From NCBI GenBank assembly GCA_964187785.1, contig OZ076409.1, positions 98,210,001-98,274,000 of the forward strand: a stretch of 64,000 nt of DNA, read 5' to 3'. Position 1 is the stretch's first letter. Each line of letters begins with the position of its first letter. Under the pieces are notes generated by a model, which worked only from the letters and a program-made list of their open reading frames with translations, had not been told where the DNA came from and did not search any database. Shown piece after piece: positions 1 to 11,213 of the stretch. The DNA is from Amphiscolops sp. MND2022 (lineage: Eukaryota). The translations under genes were made by a program, and so were the position numbers.

Positions 1-588
1 CTGTCTACCATTATCCTGCGTAAAACACGTTTCAGGACGATTTTTCCATGTTTTCTGTGAATTCCCTACTTCGGGGTTCCGTTGTAGCCCACTGGACCTT
101 AGGTCTCCTATGGTGATATTATTCGTCCTCAAGCCAGGATGTAGCCCGTTGGACGCTTGGTCCACCGTGGTAAAATTAGCCCTCCCCTGCGTTTCTATTG
201 TATTTTGAATAGAAGGAAGTACAGTAACGGCTATCGCAGCCGTGATTGCATTTTGAATCTGGGAATTCAGGCTGGTTTTGATTTCATTTAATTTCTTAGA
301 CATTTGGTTCGCAATTTTCTCATTGATTAAACGAGTTGTCTCAATGGTAGCTTCGCTGTTTTCTCTACTATTTGTAAGTAGTGACCTAAAGTCTTCACAA
401 GTTACATTGGAATTTCGCTGTGGCCTGCCAGACTCTGAGTCGAGATCCATATCATTCTCACTGAGGTCATTTTCCTCGTTGTTTCTTGAATAACTTCCTA
501 ACATGACATCAACATTTTCTACATCAGACATAATGTCTAAGTGTCTTGAACGTCTCTCCTTAGCATTTTGCTTTCTAGTAGAAGGCAT
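1..588 (-). CDS. Gag N-terminal region of an 'MPSTR'-type Gypsy element; open frame running off the window start
   Basis: Manual translation from ATG at 588 gives 196 open codons, MPSTRKQNAKERRSRHLDIMSDVENVDVMLG...SQIQNAITAAIAVTVLPSIQN. This aligns by eye with MPSTRRQKAKARKSREMDMMSDIDNLDVMLG...NQINRAISTAISEKVLPEIQN at 51930 and 45984. It is absent from the ORF track because it has no stop in the window. Confidence 0.8.
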   Translation of the reverse strand, partial: MPSTRKQNAKERRSRHLDIMSDVENVDVMLGSYSRNNEENDLSENDMDLDSESGRPQRNSNVTCEDFRSLLTNSRENSEATIETTRLINEKIANQMSKKLNEIKTSLNSQIQNAITAAIAVTVLPSIQNTIETQGRANFTTVDQASNGLHPGLRTNNITIGDLRSSGLQRNPEVGNSQKTWKNRPETCFTQDNGRQ

Positions 589-1118
589 TGAAGAACGACT
601 CAACGTAGCAACAATCAATTAACTAATTGTCTTGAATAATAGCTTCGAAGCTAAATAGCAAGTACAACAGGTACGTGAAACAAATTCAAAGACAAATCAA
701 AAAAGCAGCAGTTCGTTCGTATGAATTGTGATTGAGTTCGCACAAGATTGGAAAAAAGGTCCACATGTTTCTCCTATATATAGTATTCACATCATGACAA
801 GCAAAATTATGATGGTCATGTTACTAAAGATAGCATCTGGGTTATTTTAGATTTGATTTCATGACGTTAGAATTGAATCATTATCTAAGCGTCTAAATAT
901 AGCATCAAAGCGGGACTGGGGACGGGAAGGTAATCTGGACTTCAGGTTTGGTATGAGATATAAAAGTCCTAATACCAGATTGGCTACATGTTTTACATGT
1001 CATCTAAATATTATGATGTACAATCAATCAACTAATAGTTTCATAACGGACTTAAAGTCCAAATAACTACATCACAATAAGTATAATAGCTTGTTGACCA
1101 AATACATCCATAGTGGAC

Positions 1119-2043
1119 TGTAACGGCTGCTTGCCCTTATCCTGCGCTGAGGCTTGACAAACTTTACGCCGCCCTGATCCGTTGCTTAGTGCTGTGGACC
1201 GTTACTAAACAAATCCTGGTTTTCTTGTTTTAAAGGACTGTATCTTTTGGCTGGTGGGTCCGATGTGACCCGTGGAATCTCCTGCGATTCCGCTTTGCAC
1301 TGATTTGGATCCGATGTGATCCGTAACACACACTTCCCTCACTGTATCTTCACGCGCTCCGGCTCTCCAACTGTGAGAGTAGCTACTTAGTCGCTCTAAC
1401 TCTAGCGAAAAGTTGTGAAGATTGAGAAGTTGATTAATTAGTCTCGCGGTCCTAAGACCCAACTTGACTATAGCTATTCAGTGGAGAAAATCTCTATCTA
1501 ATAATGGTATACATATGGTTTACAATTCTACAGTAAATATAGAACAAATATAAGTTGAAATATGTTGTATAAATGAATGACATTTAAGTGAATTATTAAA
1601 GTTATTGGCTATGTAAACAGAGAATGTGGTGGTTTTGGCATGTTGGTCAGGTGGGCTCAGAAGCATGTTTACACTATGTAAAGATCATCAATTGCAACAG
1701 AGCTGCATTCTAATGTGGTCAGAAGGGTAAATAGCAATGTTTGCATTTTTGTCTCAATGACCTTGAATACTACACATGTGAGGGGTAATGGGGGTTATAT
1801 TGGGAGAATGACCTTGAAACTTAGCCGGTGTGTCCGTATTATGTACTTGCATATGTGTGCCAAGTTTCAAGTCTCTATGGTTAATAGTTGTAGAGAAAAT
1901 CCCGACTGGGGGGGGTTTTTCGATTTAGCAAGGTGAGGTTTTCGTTCAAATTTTCATCTAAGTTTCGAAGAGTTTTAAGTTCTTGTTTCTCAACCAGTAG
2001 TTCCAAATCGACTTCCTCTTCCTTCTGATGACTGGCGCCAACA
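1119..2043 (-). repeat. 3' LTR of the BEL/Pao element (925 bp)
   Basis: Direct repeat of 6207-7132 with only a handful of differences, visible by eye. Confidence 0.93.
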
Positions 2044-3140
2044 TTGCCGGCCCTGTTTTTCTCCCGAAAAACACTTTCGTAGAACATGGATGCCAGTTTC
2101 ACTACTGGTCTTTTGAGTTTTCCATCTTCCGTTTTCACCAGTGCTGATCTCACTCGCCCATCGCTTCCATGAAAGACTTCTAACACTCTACCCATCTTGT
2201 AGTGTGCTCTTTTCACATTCTCATCCACTATCCAAACCAAATCATTGACTTCAAGTTGTCGAATTTCTTCTTTATTCCATTTTCCAAAGAATTGAAGTTG
2301 CGTCATCATTTCTTCCCATGATACAGCCGGCCCGATGAAAGGCCCATTTTCCGAACTTGTTAATGTTCGGGCTTTTGAAGAACCCATTGGCGTTTCCATC
2401 AGTGATATTGCGCCTGTAAATTCATCAATCACAATCTTTGCATATAGGATGCCAGTTGTATTCAACTGAGCGCTTTCGTTCCTTCCATGTAATCGAATTG
2501 AGATAGGTTGAAACTTCCAAGCTCGTTTCTCGAATTGCTTGCTCTGGCCAGTGCTCAGTTGAGTGTGCACGTTAGGGTTAGCTTGTGCCACTGCATCCAT
2601 TCCCGAATTTCCATTACCTAACCAGTTGTTACGATTTTCACTGTCGTTTGGAATAATTTTGTCCGGCATTTTTTCTTTCAGCTCAACATCATGTCTTCTA
2701 CAAAATGACATCTTTACGGCTTTTGCTCCATCACTTGCATTGTCTTTATACGGTTGGTTGCGTTCTGACAAATCACAGGAGTGTCTTCGATACATCGCGT
2801 TTCCTCTTGAATATTCATGAAGTTCGACTTGACACTCTTTTACGAATTCAACCATTTTGTTCATTTGAGAACATTTTCTATACCCAATGGCTCTATGCAA
2901 GTGGTAACAATCTTGTCCCAAGATGACTTTTACATCTTTCAGGTTGATGGTAGAATCTTTCAGCACTGACAGGTGTGGATATTCTTCCTTCAATTTCTTG
3001 AGGTTGTACGTTCGATTTCCTGCATTTACGTCGGGATGACTATAGGCCATGATATCTTCTTTGACTTTTCCGTCCTGATCTCCAATCCTGACTCGAAGTC
3101 GTTTGCTACTAATATCTGACGTTCCATGAATCCCTGCAAA
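1881..3140 (-). pseudogene. pol: Collapsed BEL/Pao pol: protease C-terminal half joined to the integrase C-terminal (DUF5641-type) region; intact RT, RNase H and integrase core absent
   Basis: GIHG...YPHL...VILGQD (Pao protease), then ~195 aa with no YxDD motif, then LEVNDLVWIVDE...KMGRVLEVFHGSDGRVRSALVKT...KRPVVKL. The frame reads into the 3' LTR. Confidence 0.82.
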
Positions 3141-5779
3141 TTCAAATCCACTGGCTGTCCCGTCAGATTTAGCGCTTTCATCAGGCTCCCGTCCACAAAG
3201 GACAGGCTTGCTCCAGAGTCGCACAAAGCGAACGTTTTCACAGTTTTGCTCCCACTCCCTATCAATACTGGAATGACTGGAAGCACTCCACTGCTTCTCA
3301 TTGAGGACAGGTTGGAGACCTCATCGACATTTTCAACATTTTTCTTTTGTTCCACGTTCTTGTATGTTCTGTGTAGCAATCTGTGATGAGGTTTTCCGCA
3401 ACCATTCACATCGCAGAGTCTACCAGAGCAATTTCTCATCTGATGTGCGTCTGACAAGCATTTGAAGCACAGCTTCAGTTCTTTCGCCTTTTGTCCTCTC
3501 TCTTCGACGTTCATTTTCTTGAACTTCTCACAATTCCATATTGGATGTTTGCCATCTTTCAGCACACACTCTCGCTGGTATTTCGAGTTGTCACTGGTTG
3601 TGTTTGTTGTTGATGTGGCAAACGTGGAGCCTTGGGCCTTTTCTTTGTAGTTCGACTTCGCGCGATCAGCATTCGGGTTTGAAGACAAAAGCAATTCGTC
3701 TTGAACATCTGCTATATCATTGAGCCATTCACTGAACACAGCGAGTCCAGGTTGACACAGGTTCATTTGCTTGACATAAGTGAGCCACTTCGTTTTCATG
3801 TCCAGTGTTAACTTCCTTGTGGCACTGCCCAGAACTCCTTCTGAGTTTAGGTCTCCCACGTCGTTGAATTGTGTCAAAACATTCACGCAACTCGACACTA
3901 TTCTCGCAAACTTGATCAATGCGGCTCCATTATAAGGTTTCATTGGAGGGAACGAATAGATTCGCTTCAACTGGGCGTTCACAACCATTTGAGGTTTTCC
4001 AAAGTTTCGAACTAGAACGTTCCACGCCACATTGTACATCTCAGCAGTGTACCCAAGGCCAGCAATCGCCTCCTTGGCTTTGCCTCTGACCATGGTTTTC
4101 AGGTGATTCATCTTTACACTGTCGTCCATATTGGCTGCGTGGACGGTTGCTTGAAAGAGTTGTGACCACTCTGGCCACTCCAATGGGTCACGGGAAAACT
4201 CTGCCAGCTTCAGTTTTGGCAAGCTAGATCTGATGTAGTAGTCATCTCTCGCATTTGACACTATGTTTGGCCCTTGACTTGGCATATACTGCTTCTGTGT
4301 GTTCGCAAGCTGTGGTACTTGAAATGCACCACTCTGGATGCCTCCAAACGTAGGCGGTAACCGATTCGGGTCTGCACTGAGAGTCATCGACGGCTTCGAT
4401 GGGGCGAATTTCACTTCTGGTTGTGCTGTTGCACTTTGACTGACAGCATCTATGACAGTCTTTGTTCTGTGCTTTCCAATACCTCGACTAGCGGCTTCGG
4501 TGGATATAGTCGGTTTCACTGGAGGATTCAAGTCCCTCACTAGCGCGGAGCATTCTCCTTCATGCATCGATTGTACTGTTATTACTGGTGCTGAGACGGA
4601 CGTTTGCTGGTATACAGATGGCACGTTAGTCGTCGATGCCACGTTTTCAGCTTCTTCTGTCTTGTCCATCCAATCTGAGACTTTCGTCAGATTGTCGTCT
4701 GGAGTCTCGACTGGTGAGATACTCCGGAAACTAGACCCACAACTACTCGGAACTTTCGCCATCTCTATTTCTTTTTCGGCTATTTTGGCTTTGCGGGCCA
4801 GCTTTTCTTGTAAGTCTGCTATTTCATTTTGTTCCGCATTGCGTCTGAGTTTCTCCAGGCGACTTTGCAATTCTTCTTGCTCTTTCAAAGCGTTTAGTTC
4901 CAAATCGAGAACTCGTCTTGCACTTGATGTTTTTGAAATCACAGACGTTTTGTTGCTTTTGGTTCTTTTACTTCGCGAGTGTATGCTCAATTCTTCTATT
5001 GGCAATGATCTAGCACATTTGTTTCGCTCTTGGCTGTCATCCGCGTTATGTCCATTGTCTTCTTTCTGCTCCTCGTCTGATTCGGGCTCCTTTTGTGGTG
5101 AAGTGCCATTTCTACTTGATTTGTCTGCGGCTACGCTTGCGCGAACGTCTGCCAGTCTTTGTTCAGCGTCTTCAAGACTTCGCAAAATGGCTCCTCCTTC
5201 TCCTGTCTTCAGCAGATCTTCAATTTTCGTTTTAATGTCAGACCGTTTCTGCAGCAATTCTTGACATGCTGCAGCATAATCTTCTTCGTCGACAATTTTG
5301 CCATTTGCGATTGAATCTTCCCGCAACTTTTTGTTGCTATCCATTAGTCTATCAATAGCACGTTTCTTTTCGTCAAGATCCAAGTAATTTAGTATCTGAT
5401 TTTCGTCTTGCAATGCTGACATCAGCATTTGTACCCTTCCAGCGCGAGAGCTTTGCTGCTGCAACTCAGCCAATCGGCTCTGCATTTCTTTGTTCACTGT
5501 TGAGAAGATTTCGGGTATCTGCGGTTGATACTTGACTTTGATCGCATTTTCGACTGCCTTAATGAGCCGATCCCTCCTGTTTATGGCATCTGTTCGTCTT
5601 AGCAGTAAATCTGCTATCTGCTTGTCGTCAACATTGCTAGCTAGGTTCTCATCAATTTCTTTGACAGTCTTACCGTGTTCAACAGCTGCAGTCCAATAAC
5701 TTAACGTTTGGGCTTTGTCAGCAGAGTTCTTCAGAAAGTTTTCGATTTTGTTGATATCGAACCGTTTTGGTTCTGCCAT
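3026..5779 (-). CDS. gag: BEL/Pao Gag plus the start of the aspartic protease (frameshift near 3140)
   Basis: 917-aa ORF with LPKLKLAEFSRDPLEWPEW (DUF1759-type Gag core), knuckles CVLKDGKHPIWNC, CFKCLSDAHQMRNC and CDVNGCGKPHHRLLH, and protease motif ALCDSGAS. Confidence 0.9.
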   Translation of the reverse strand: MAEPKRFDINKIENFLKNSADKAQTLSYWTAAVEHGKTVKEIDENLASNVDDKQIADLLLRRTDAINRRDRLIKAVENAIKVKYQPQIPEIFSTVNKEMQSRLAELQQQSSRAGRVQMLMSALQDENQILNYLDLDEKKRAIDRLMDSNKKLREDSIANGKIVDEEDYAAACQELLQKRSDIKTKIEDLLKTGEGGAILRSLEDAEQRLADVRASVAADKSSRNGTSPQKEPESDEEQKEDNGHNADDSQERNKCARSLPIEELSIHSRSKRTKSNKTSVISKTSSARRVLDLELNALKEQEELQSRLEKLRRNAEQNEIADLQEKLARKAKIAEKEIEMAKVPSSCGSSFRSISPVETPDDNLTKVSDWMDKTEEAENVASTTNVPSVYQQTSVSAPVITVQSMHEGECSALVRDLNPPVKPTISTEAASRGIGKHRTKTVIDAVSQSATAQPEVKFAPSKPSMTLSADPNRLPPTFGGIQSGAFQVPQLANTQKQYMPSQGPNIVSNARDDYYIRSSLPKLKLAEFSRDPLEWPEWSQLFQATVHAANMDDSVKMNHLKTMVRGKAKEAIAGLGYTAEMYNVAWNVLVRNFGKPQMVVNAQLKRIYSFPPMKPYNGAALIKFARIVSSCVNVLTQFNDVGDLNSEGVLGSATRKLTLDMKTKWLTYVKQMNLCQPGLAVFSEWLNDIADVQDELLLSSNPNADRAKSNYKEKAQGSTFATSTTNTTSDNSKYQRECVLKDGKHPIWNCEKFKKMNVEERGQKAKELKLCFKCLSDAHQMRNCSGRLCDVNGCGKPHHRLLHRTYKNVEQKKNVENVDEVSNLSSMRSSGVLPVIPVLIGSGSKTVKTFALCDSGASLSFVDGSLMKALNLTGQPVDLNLQGFMERQILVANDFESGLEIRTEKSKKISWPIVIPT

Positions 5780-5811
5780 CTCTTCTCTTGTCGATTGAAC
5801 TCAGTTCCTAA

Positions 5812-6064
5812 AATCACAATAGCTCAATTTCCCAGAGACACAATAGCCCAATCTCCCAGAGACACAAAGGCCCAATCTCCCAGAGACACAATAGCCCAAT
5901 CTCCCAGAGAAACAGTAGCCCAATCTCCCAGAGACACAATAGCCCAATCTCCCAGAGACACAATAGCCCAATCTCCCAGAGACACAATAGCCCAATCTCC
6001 CAGAGACACAATAGCCCAATCTCCCAGAGACACAGTAGCCCAATCTCCCAGAGACACAGTAGTC
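5812..6064. repeat. 24-bp tandem repeat (~10.5 copies of CCCAGAGACACAATAGCCCAATCT) in the BEL/Pao 5' leader
   Basis: Directly visible head-to-tail units with no spacers. Confidence 0.95.
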
Positions 6065-6186
6065 AGACTCCAAGAATCAGACACTTGTTCTTTCTGGGCA
6101 ATTTTCTCTGTTGTACACCAACGAGTCGTCTTCTTCTAGTCCGGGTCGTCCACCAACGAGTTGTCCGGGTCGTCCACCAACGAGTT

Positions 6187-6204
6187 GTCCGGGTCGGCGG
6201 ACCA
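6187..6204 (-). promoter_or_regulatory. Primer-binding site of the BEL/Pao element (tRNA-Tyr-like)
   Basis: TGGTCCGCCGACCCGGAC starts 2 nt after the 5' LTR. It resembles the TGGTCC-type tRNA-Tyr PBS; the tRNA identity is inferred. Confidence 0.7.
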
Positions 6205-6206
6205 AA

Positions 6207-7132
6207 TGTAACGGCTGCTTGCCCTTATCCTGCGCTGAGGCTTGACAAACTTTACGCCGCCCTGATCCGTTGCTTAGTGCTGTGGACCGTTACTAAACAA
6301 ATCCTGGTTTTCTTGTTTTAAAGGACTGTATCTTTTGGCTGGTGGGTCCGATGTGACCCGTGGAATCTCCTGCGATTCCGCTTTGCACTGATTTGGATCC
6401 GATGTGATCCGTAACACACACTTCCCTCACTGTATCTTCACGCGCTCCGGCTCTCCAACTGTGAGAGTAGCTACTTAGTCGCTCTAACTCTAGCGAAAAG
6501 TTGTGAAGATTGAGAAGTTGATTAATTAGTCTCGCGGTCCTAAGACCCAACTTGACTATAGCTATTCAGTGGAGAAAATCTCTATCTAATAATGGTATAC
6601 ATATGGTTTACAATTCTACAGTAAATATAGAACAAATATAAGTTGAAATATGTTGTATAAATAAATGACATTTAAGTGAATTATTAAAGTTATTGGCTAT
6701 GTAAACAGAGAATGTGGTGGTTTTGGCATGTTGGTCAGGTGGGCTCAGAAGCATGTTCACACTATGTAAATATCATCAATTGCAACAGAGCTGCATTCTA
6801 ATGTGGTCAGAAGGGTAAATAGCAATGTTTGCATTTTTGTCTCAATGACCTTGAATACTACACATGTGAGGGGTAATGGGGGTTATAATGGGGGAATGAC
6901 CTTGAAACTTAGCCGGTGTGTCCGTATTATGTACTTGCATATGTGTGCCAAGTTTCAAGTCTCTATGGTTAATAGTTGTAGAGAAAATCCCGACTGGGGG
7001 GGGGGTTTCGATTTAGCAAGGTGAGGTTTTCGTTCAAATTTTCATCTAAGTTTCGAAGAGTTTTAAGTTCTTGTTTCTCACCCAGCATGTTCCAAATCGA
7101 CTTCCTCTTCCTTCTGATGACTGGCGCCAACA
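6207..7132 (-). repeat. 5' LTR of the BEL/Pao element (926 bp)
   Basis: Direct repeat of 1119-2043; the PBS follows it on the minus strand. Confidence 0.93.
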
Positions 7133-7204
7133 TGGACCTTAGGTCCGCACAGCTACAGCATCATATATTTGATTTGCCGGAGTGGCAGTAAATAGTACCG
7201 TAGT

Positions 7205-7404
7205 NNNNNNNNNNNNNNNNNNNNNNNNNNNNNNNNNNNNNNNNNNNNNNNNNNNNNNNNNNNNNNNNNNNNNNNNNNNNNNNNNNNNNNNNNNNNNNNN
7301 NNNNNNNNNNNNNNNNNNNNNNNNNNNNNNNNNNNNNNNNNNNNNNNNNNNNNNNNNNNNNNNNNNNNNNNNNNNNNNNNNNNNNNNNNNNNNNNNNNNN
7401 NNNN
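7205..7404. other. Assembly gap (200 N)
   Basis: Run of exactly 200 N. Contiguity across it is not guaranteed. Confidence 0.99.
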
Positions 7405-7587
7405 TGTACCTTGGGTATAAATAGGGAGTAATCCGGGTAAAGGGTTGACTCTTGAGTGTTCTTGGGGACTTTGATAGTAATTGACACCAGTGTTGCAAAA
7501 AAGTATGGCAAAAGCGAAGCTAGAAACCTCGCCACATCACTCAAATAAGCAAAATAAATTGGCGAAGGCAACGTACTGCCTGTTTCA

Positions 7588-7662
7588 GGCTCCAACCCGG
7601 AGTTCGAGCCTACGACCTATTGACTGGCAGGCGGACGCTCTACCAACTGGGCCACCGTGACT
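7588..7662 (-). mobile_element. tRNA-derived SINE head
   Basis: Reverse complement is AGTCACGGTGGCCCAGTTGGTAGAGCG...GGCTCGAACTCCGGGTTGGAGC, with Pol III A- and B-box-like motifs. No acceptor-stem pairing. Related copy at 11099. Confidence 0.7.
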
Positions 7663-7777
7663 GAGTAATACACTTTTTTAATCAACTAATGGATTATATC
7701 ACTAAGTGAATTTTGGCTCAATTAGGGAATAAAAAAGCAACACAGATGGTGATTTTTCTCCTACACATTCAAATTTG

Positions 7778-8353
7778 TGTGGGCGGAAAATATTACCAGA
7801 AATTTCGTTGACACAAATTTCGTCGCCATTACGTTCTATAATTCGCCGCAGTTTCTTTATTCTATTAGTACTAGTCGTATTATTGAGTCTTGAAAATTAT
7901 CGAGTCTTGATAATTATCTTGTTAATTATCAATAATTGTGCAATTATCAAGGTTTTGAGAGAAAAGGTTTCAACCATGTTCCTTATCCCCCAAACCCCCA
8001 GACATTGTTTCTTTTCCCCCCAACACAAAGTTGTTTCGACACTTAAAGCAAAAAGTTTTCTGACAAAAAAGTAAAAATTACGCCTGGAACAAGCTTAAAA
8101 TGTATTGTAAAGCCCCGATAAGTAGTTCCACCGGTAGGACTAAAAAGATTTTTGTTGTCAAAAAATTTTTTTTGGTGTCAAAATGAAACTTGTTCTTGAG
8201 ATCTTAATTTAATAATTGAATATTTGAACAATTCAAATGATATCTTTCCGTGAACGCTGTTAATTCTGATCGATACGACGAAATTTCTGAAGACAAATTT
8301 CCTACGACAAAATTTCTGACGACGAAATTTCTGGCTCGAAATTTCCGCCTCCC
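7778..8353. mobile_element. MITE/foldback-like element with inverted arrays of GAAATTTCGTCG
   Basis: Left GGGCGGAAAATATTACCAGAAATTTCGT...; reverse complement of the right end GGGAGGCGGAAATTTCGAGCCAGAAATTTCGTCG... No clear TSD. Confidence 0.55.
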
Positions 8354-9141
8354 GCGGAAAGTAATAATTTGAAGCATCTAGTTTAGTCTTAAGGTGATAT
8401 GAGTATTCTCACTCATTCTGTTAACCAAGCTTCTGTCAGAATTTGCATTTCAAACAAAAACTACGGCGTTGAAATCTTTTCATCTAACATTTTGACACGT
8501 TTTCAGCCTGGCGAGTTTCGAAAGAAGAGTTGTCAACATGATTTGACTGCTGTTGTGATTTTCTACCTGCACAATTTTACCTTCATGTTCGATGTTGAAA
8601 GACTTTTCTGCAAGAAATCTCATTGAGTTGTGAAACTTTTTGATGATATCGAACTTAGTTATATTGGACAATGCGTCCCTGTCCACCCTTGTTGAACATG
8701 CTTCAACTTTTTACATGTACTTTAATGTTGCCAGAAACTTTTATTATGATTTTCTAAATATCTTACGGAAACTTTAATGTGTTAATATTTCCCTGTTGTC
8801 GCCAACTTTTAAAGAGTCATCAAAGTTTTGGCGGCAATTTCAAGCCGCGAAGTTCTGCAAGTTTCAATATGCATCAGTTCTAATTTTGAATGCATCAGAG
8901 ACGTCAACAATTTTGCCGCCAATTTAATGCAAAGTAACTTCCTTCACGATGTAAACAGCAAACTAGCGCTATCTTCAGCGTCCTATTTGAGACGCGGTGA
9001 TTAAATCAGATGAGTATTTGAGAAATCAATGTGTGAATACAACATGATCGGGTCCGTAAAAAGTAGGGAACATTTTCAAATTTAATTGCAGTAGTGGAAA
9101 ATGAAGTGTATTTCTACAAGATTTACCACCGGAACCTTACC

Positions 9142-9813
9142 GAATTTTCTAGGCTTTATAAAAAATACCCTGCATGCAGGCCTGCAGCATGTAAAATGTT
9201 CTCAACTAGGGCATACATGACAAACTATACAGAACAATACGTCCGTTGAATACCGGGATATTTTCCGCCTTCTCAAAAAATATTTTAACCCGCTATGTAA
9301 TGCATAGTGGGCGGATACTCTACCAACCGTGGCATAGTAACTGAATTTGCTTCTATCTGAAGTGGATAGAGATCGTGGAAATTTGGCAGAATTGGTAAAA
9401 AAAACGCAACACAGATCATAATTTTCCTCCCATACACAATATTTTATGAGGGCGGAAATTAACAAAGAGTTCTAGTTTAGCTAGACAGACTGACAAACTT
9501 GTATGGTCAGTTGCACCTGCTAACGTTTACCATACACAATCAATTGCAAAGTTGCAGAAAAATCTACAACTAGTGATGTTACGCTCGTAATACGCTCGTA
9601 ATTGAATCACGAGTTAACGCGCATAGTCGCGCCCGTGATCGTGTGACTTGTAAGAGTCGGAGTCGGCTCAAGAACAGGAAAGGGCGTAAGTTTCTGTACG
9701 CCTTGATGCTTCTCTAGACGTCATTGCGGTGTATCCTTGTCGACACTGCTGGAATTTTTTACATGCTACAGGCCTGCATGCAGGGTTACGTTTTTGAAAA
9801 ACCTAGAAAATTC
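9142..9813. mobile_element. Inverted-repeat (MITE/foldback-like) element
   Basis: CCCTGCATGCAGGCCTGCAGCATGTAAAA (9168-9196) is inverted at 9757-9785 with one mismatch. The flanking GAATTTTCTAGG is also inverted. Confidence 0.65.
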
Positions 9814-11098
9814 AGACTGCGCGCAGGGAAAAATCTTTGAAAATTTTCCCGCATCTTAGAAAATCCTGTCGGCATGTCACCGCGCTTTGAAAAAAGTCCC
9901 TGCATGTTTTCAAATTATTGAAGAATCTGCAAGCGGGCTTCAATGATGTTCAATTAGCAAAAATTCAAGATATCCGTTGGCTCGTCTCACTAAATGTTAC
10001 TTTTATAGCAATTCTGAAAACTTTTTCATTGAATTCATATTACAAACTCAATTTTTTCTAAAATATTTTTCTGTTTTTCGCATTCAGCGTGAATCTTTCG
10101 CAAGTGCTTCATTCGAAACATGTAGAGCCTTGGTTAAATTGAAGAATTGTCCATGAACACCCAATATGAAAATATTTTCTATTAATTTATGAAGAGATTT
10201 TAGTTGCGGGACAATTTCTGCAATAATTCCAAGTGATTCGAAATGAAGCTGTTTTTGCGGAAAGCACAAGATCCTCGTAGCGTGACTGGTTGTTTTTTTC
10301 ACATTCAAATCATTTGGTATTGTTTTTTTTGGCTTTCAAACATTTTCATCTAAAGGAAAAACCTCTTCTCAAATTGAACCCAGGTTGAATCTCAGAGTAG
10401 AACCACTCACGCTCACAAAAAACTTCTCCAAAAGCATTCATTTGTTAGCATTGAAATCATAACTAACCAATTCGCTTCATTCGGAAGAAAGGCGTCAACT
10501 TGGCGCCAGTTCTTGATTTCGCCTCTGAAACATGGTCTGAATAAACTATTTCGAAATCCAATAGTTGTATAAATTCTACTCATCATTACCATCAGATTTG
10601 TAATTTTTGGAGATTTTATCGAATATGAATGGTGAAAAACATGGTTATGTCAGGAAAATTATTAAAACACATTGAACCCAGTTTGAAACTCGGAGGGTTT
10701 TTACGCCAACAAACTTTGTTTTTTTTTAAAGCAAAAAAGCAAATTTTAAATTGATGTAAGACTGTTTTTGGAAGAAACGCTACAATTCGTTTGTACAACA
10801 AAATCAGACTACTTTACTCCAAAAACAATTTGAAATAACTTGAAGTCAACCGTTGAACATTTTTCAACATTTGGCGCCTAAATTTGGCGTCATTTTTTGA
10901 TCAATGTCTCCCTTCTTGATATAATATGGTATACTTTCTCTTAATCACCAATAACAGTTTCTGGCACTATTCGTTGTTATTTTTCGCCCTCAAGTATTTA
11001 TTTGTTTTGAAGAGGGAGGAAATCGCCTTCTATGTAGCGTTTTTTTCAAATCTTGTCAAATCTCCTCTTTATAACTCCATTTAATATGTGGAAATTTT

Positions 11099-11172
11099 AG
11101 TCACCGTGGCACAGTTGAAAGTGGGTGCGCCTAGCAGACAGGAGGTCTTGGGTTCGAACCCGGGCTGGAGCT
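11099..11172 (+). mobile_element. tRNA-derived SINE head (second, diverged copy)
   Basis: AGTCACCGTGGCACAGTTG...GGTTCGAACCCGGGCTGGAGC, with A and B boxes; similar to 7588-7662. Confidence 0.65.
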
Positions 11173-11213
11173 TGACGTTGGTTGGTGGGTGCAGTGCTTT
11201 TAATCGAAAACTT

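Larger units (their letters stand above)
1119..7132 (-). mobile_element. BEL/Pao LTR retrotransposon, non-autonomous internal-deletion derivative
   Basis: TG...CA LTRs at 1119-2043 and 6207-7132. 5-bp TSD TGGAC at 1114-1118 and 7133-7137. PBS TGGTCCGCCGACCC lies next to the 5' LTR. Gag has three BEL-type Cys/His knuckles and the pol end is Pao-type. Confidence 0.93.

Noticed and set aside
4452..5264. 270-aa + strand ORF
   Set aside because: Antisense shadow of the BEL Gag frame; Ser/Leu-rich with no motifs.
5708..6139. Repetitive ORFs (IAQSPRDT, LGYCVSGR and similar)
   Set aside because: By-products of a stop-free 24-bp repeat, open in several frames.
5812..6200. CRISPR array
   Set aside because: The 24-bp units are head-to-tail with no unique spacers, there are no cas genes, and the context is a eukaryotic retroelement leader.
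7139..7595. ORFs spanning the N run
   Set aside because: Artefacts of translating the gap.
7588..7662. Functional tRNA-Gly(GCC) gene
   Set aside because: A and B boxes are present but the acceptor and anticodon stems do not pair. A diverged copy at 11099 indicates a SINE head.
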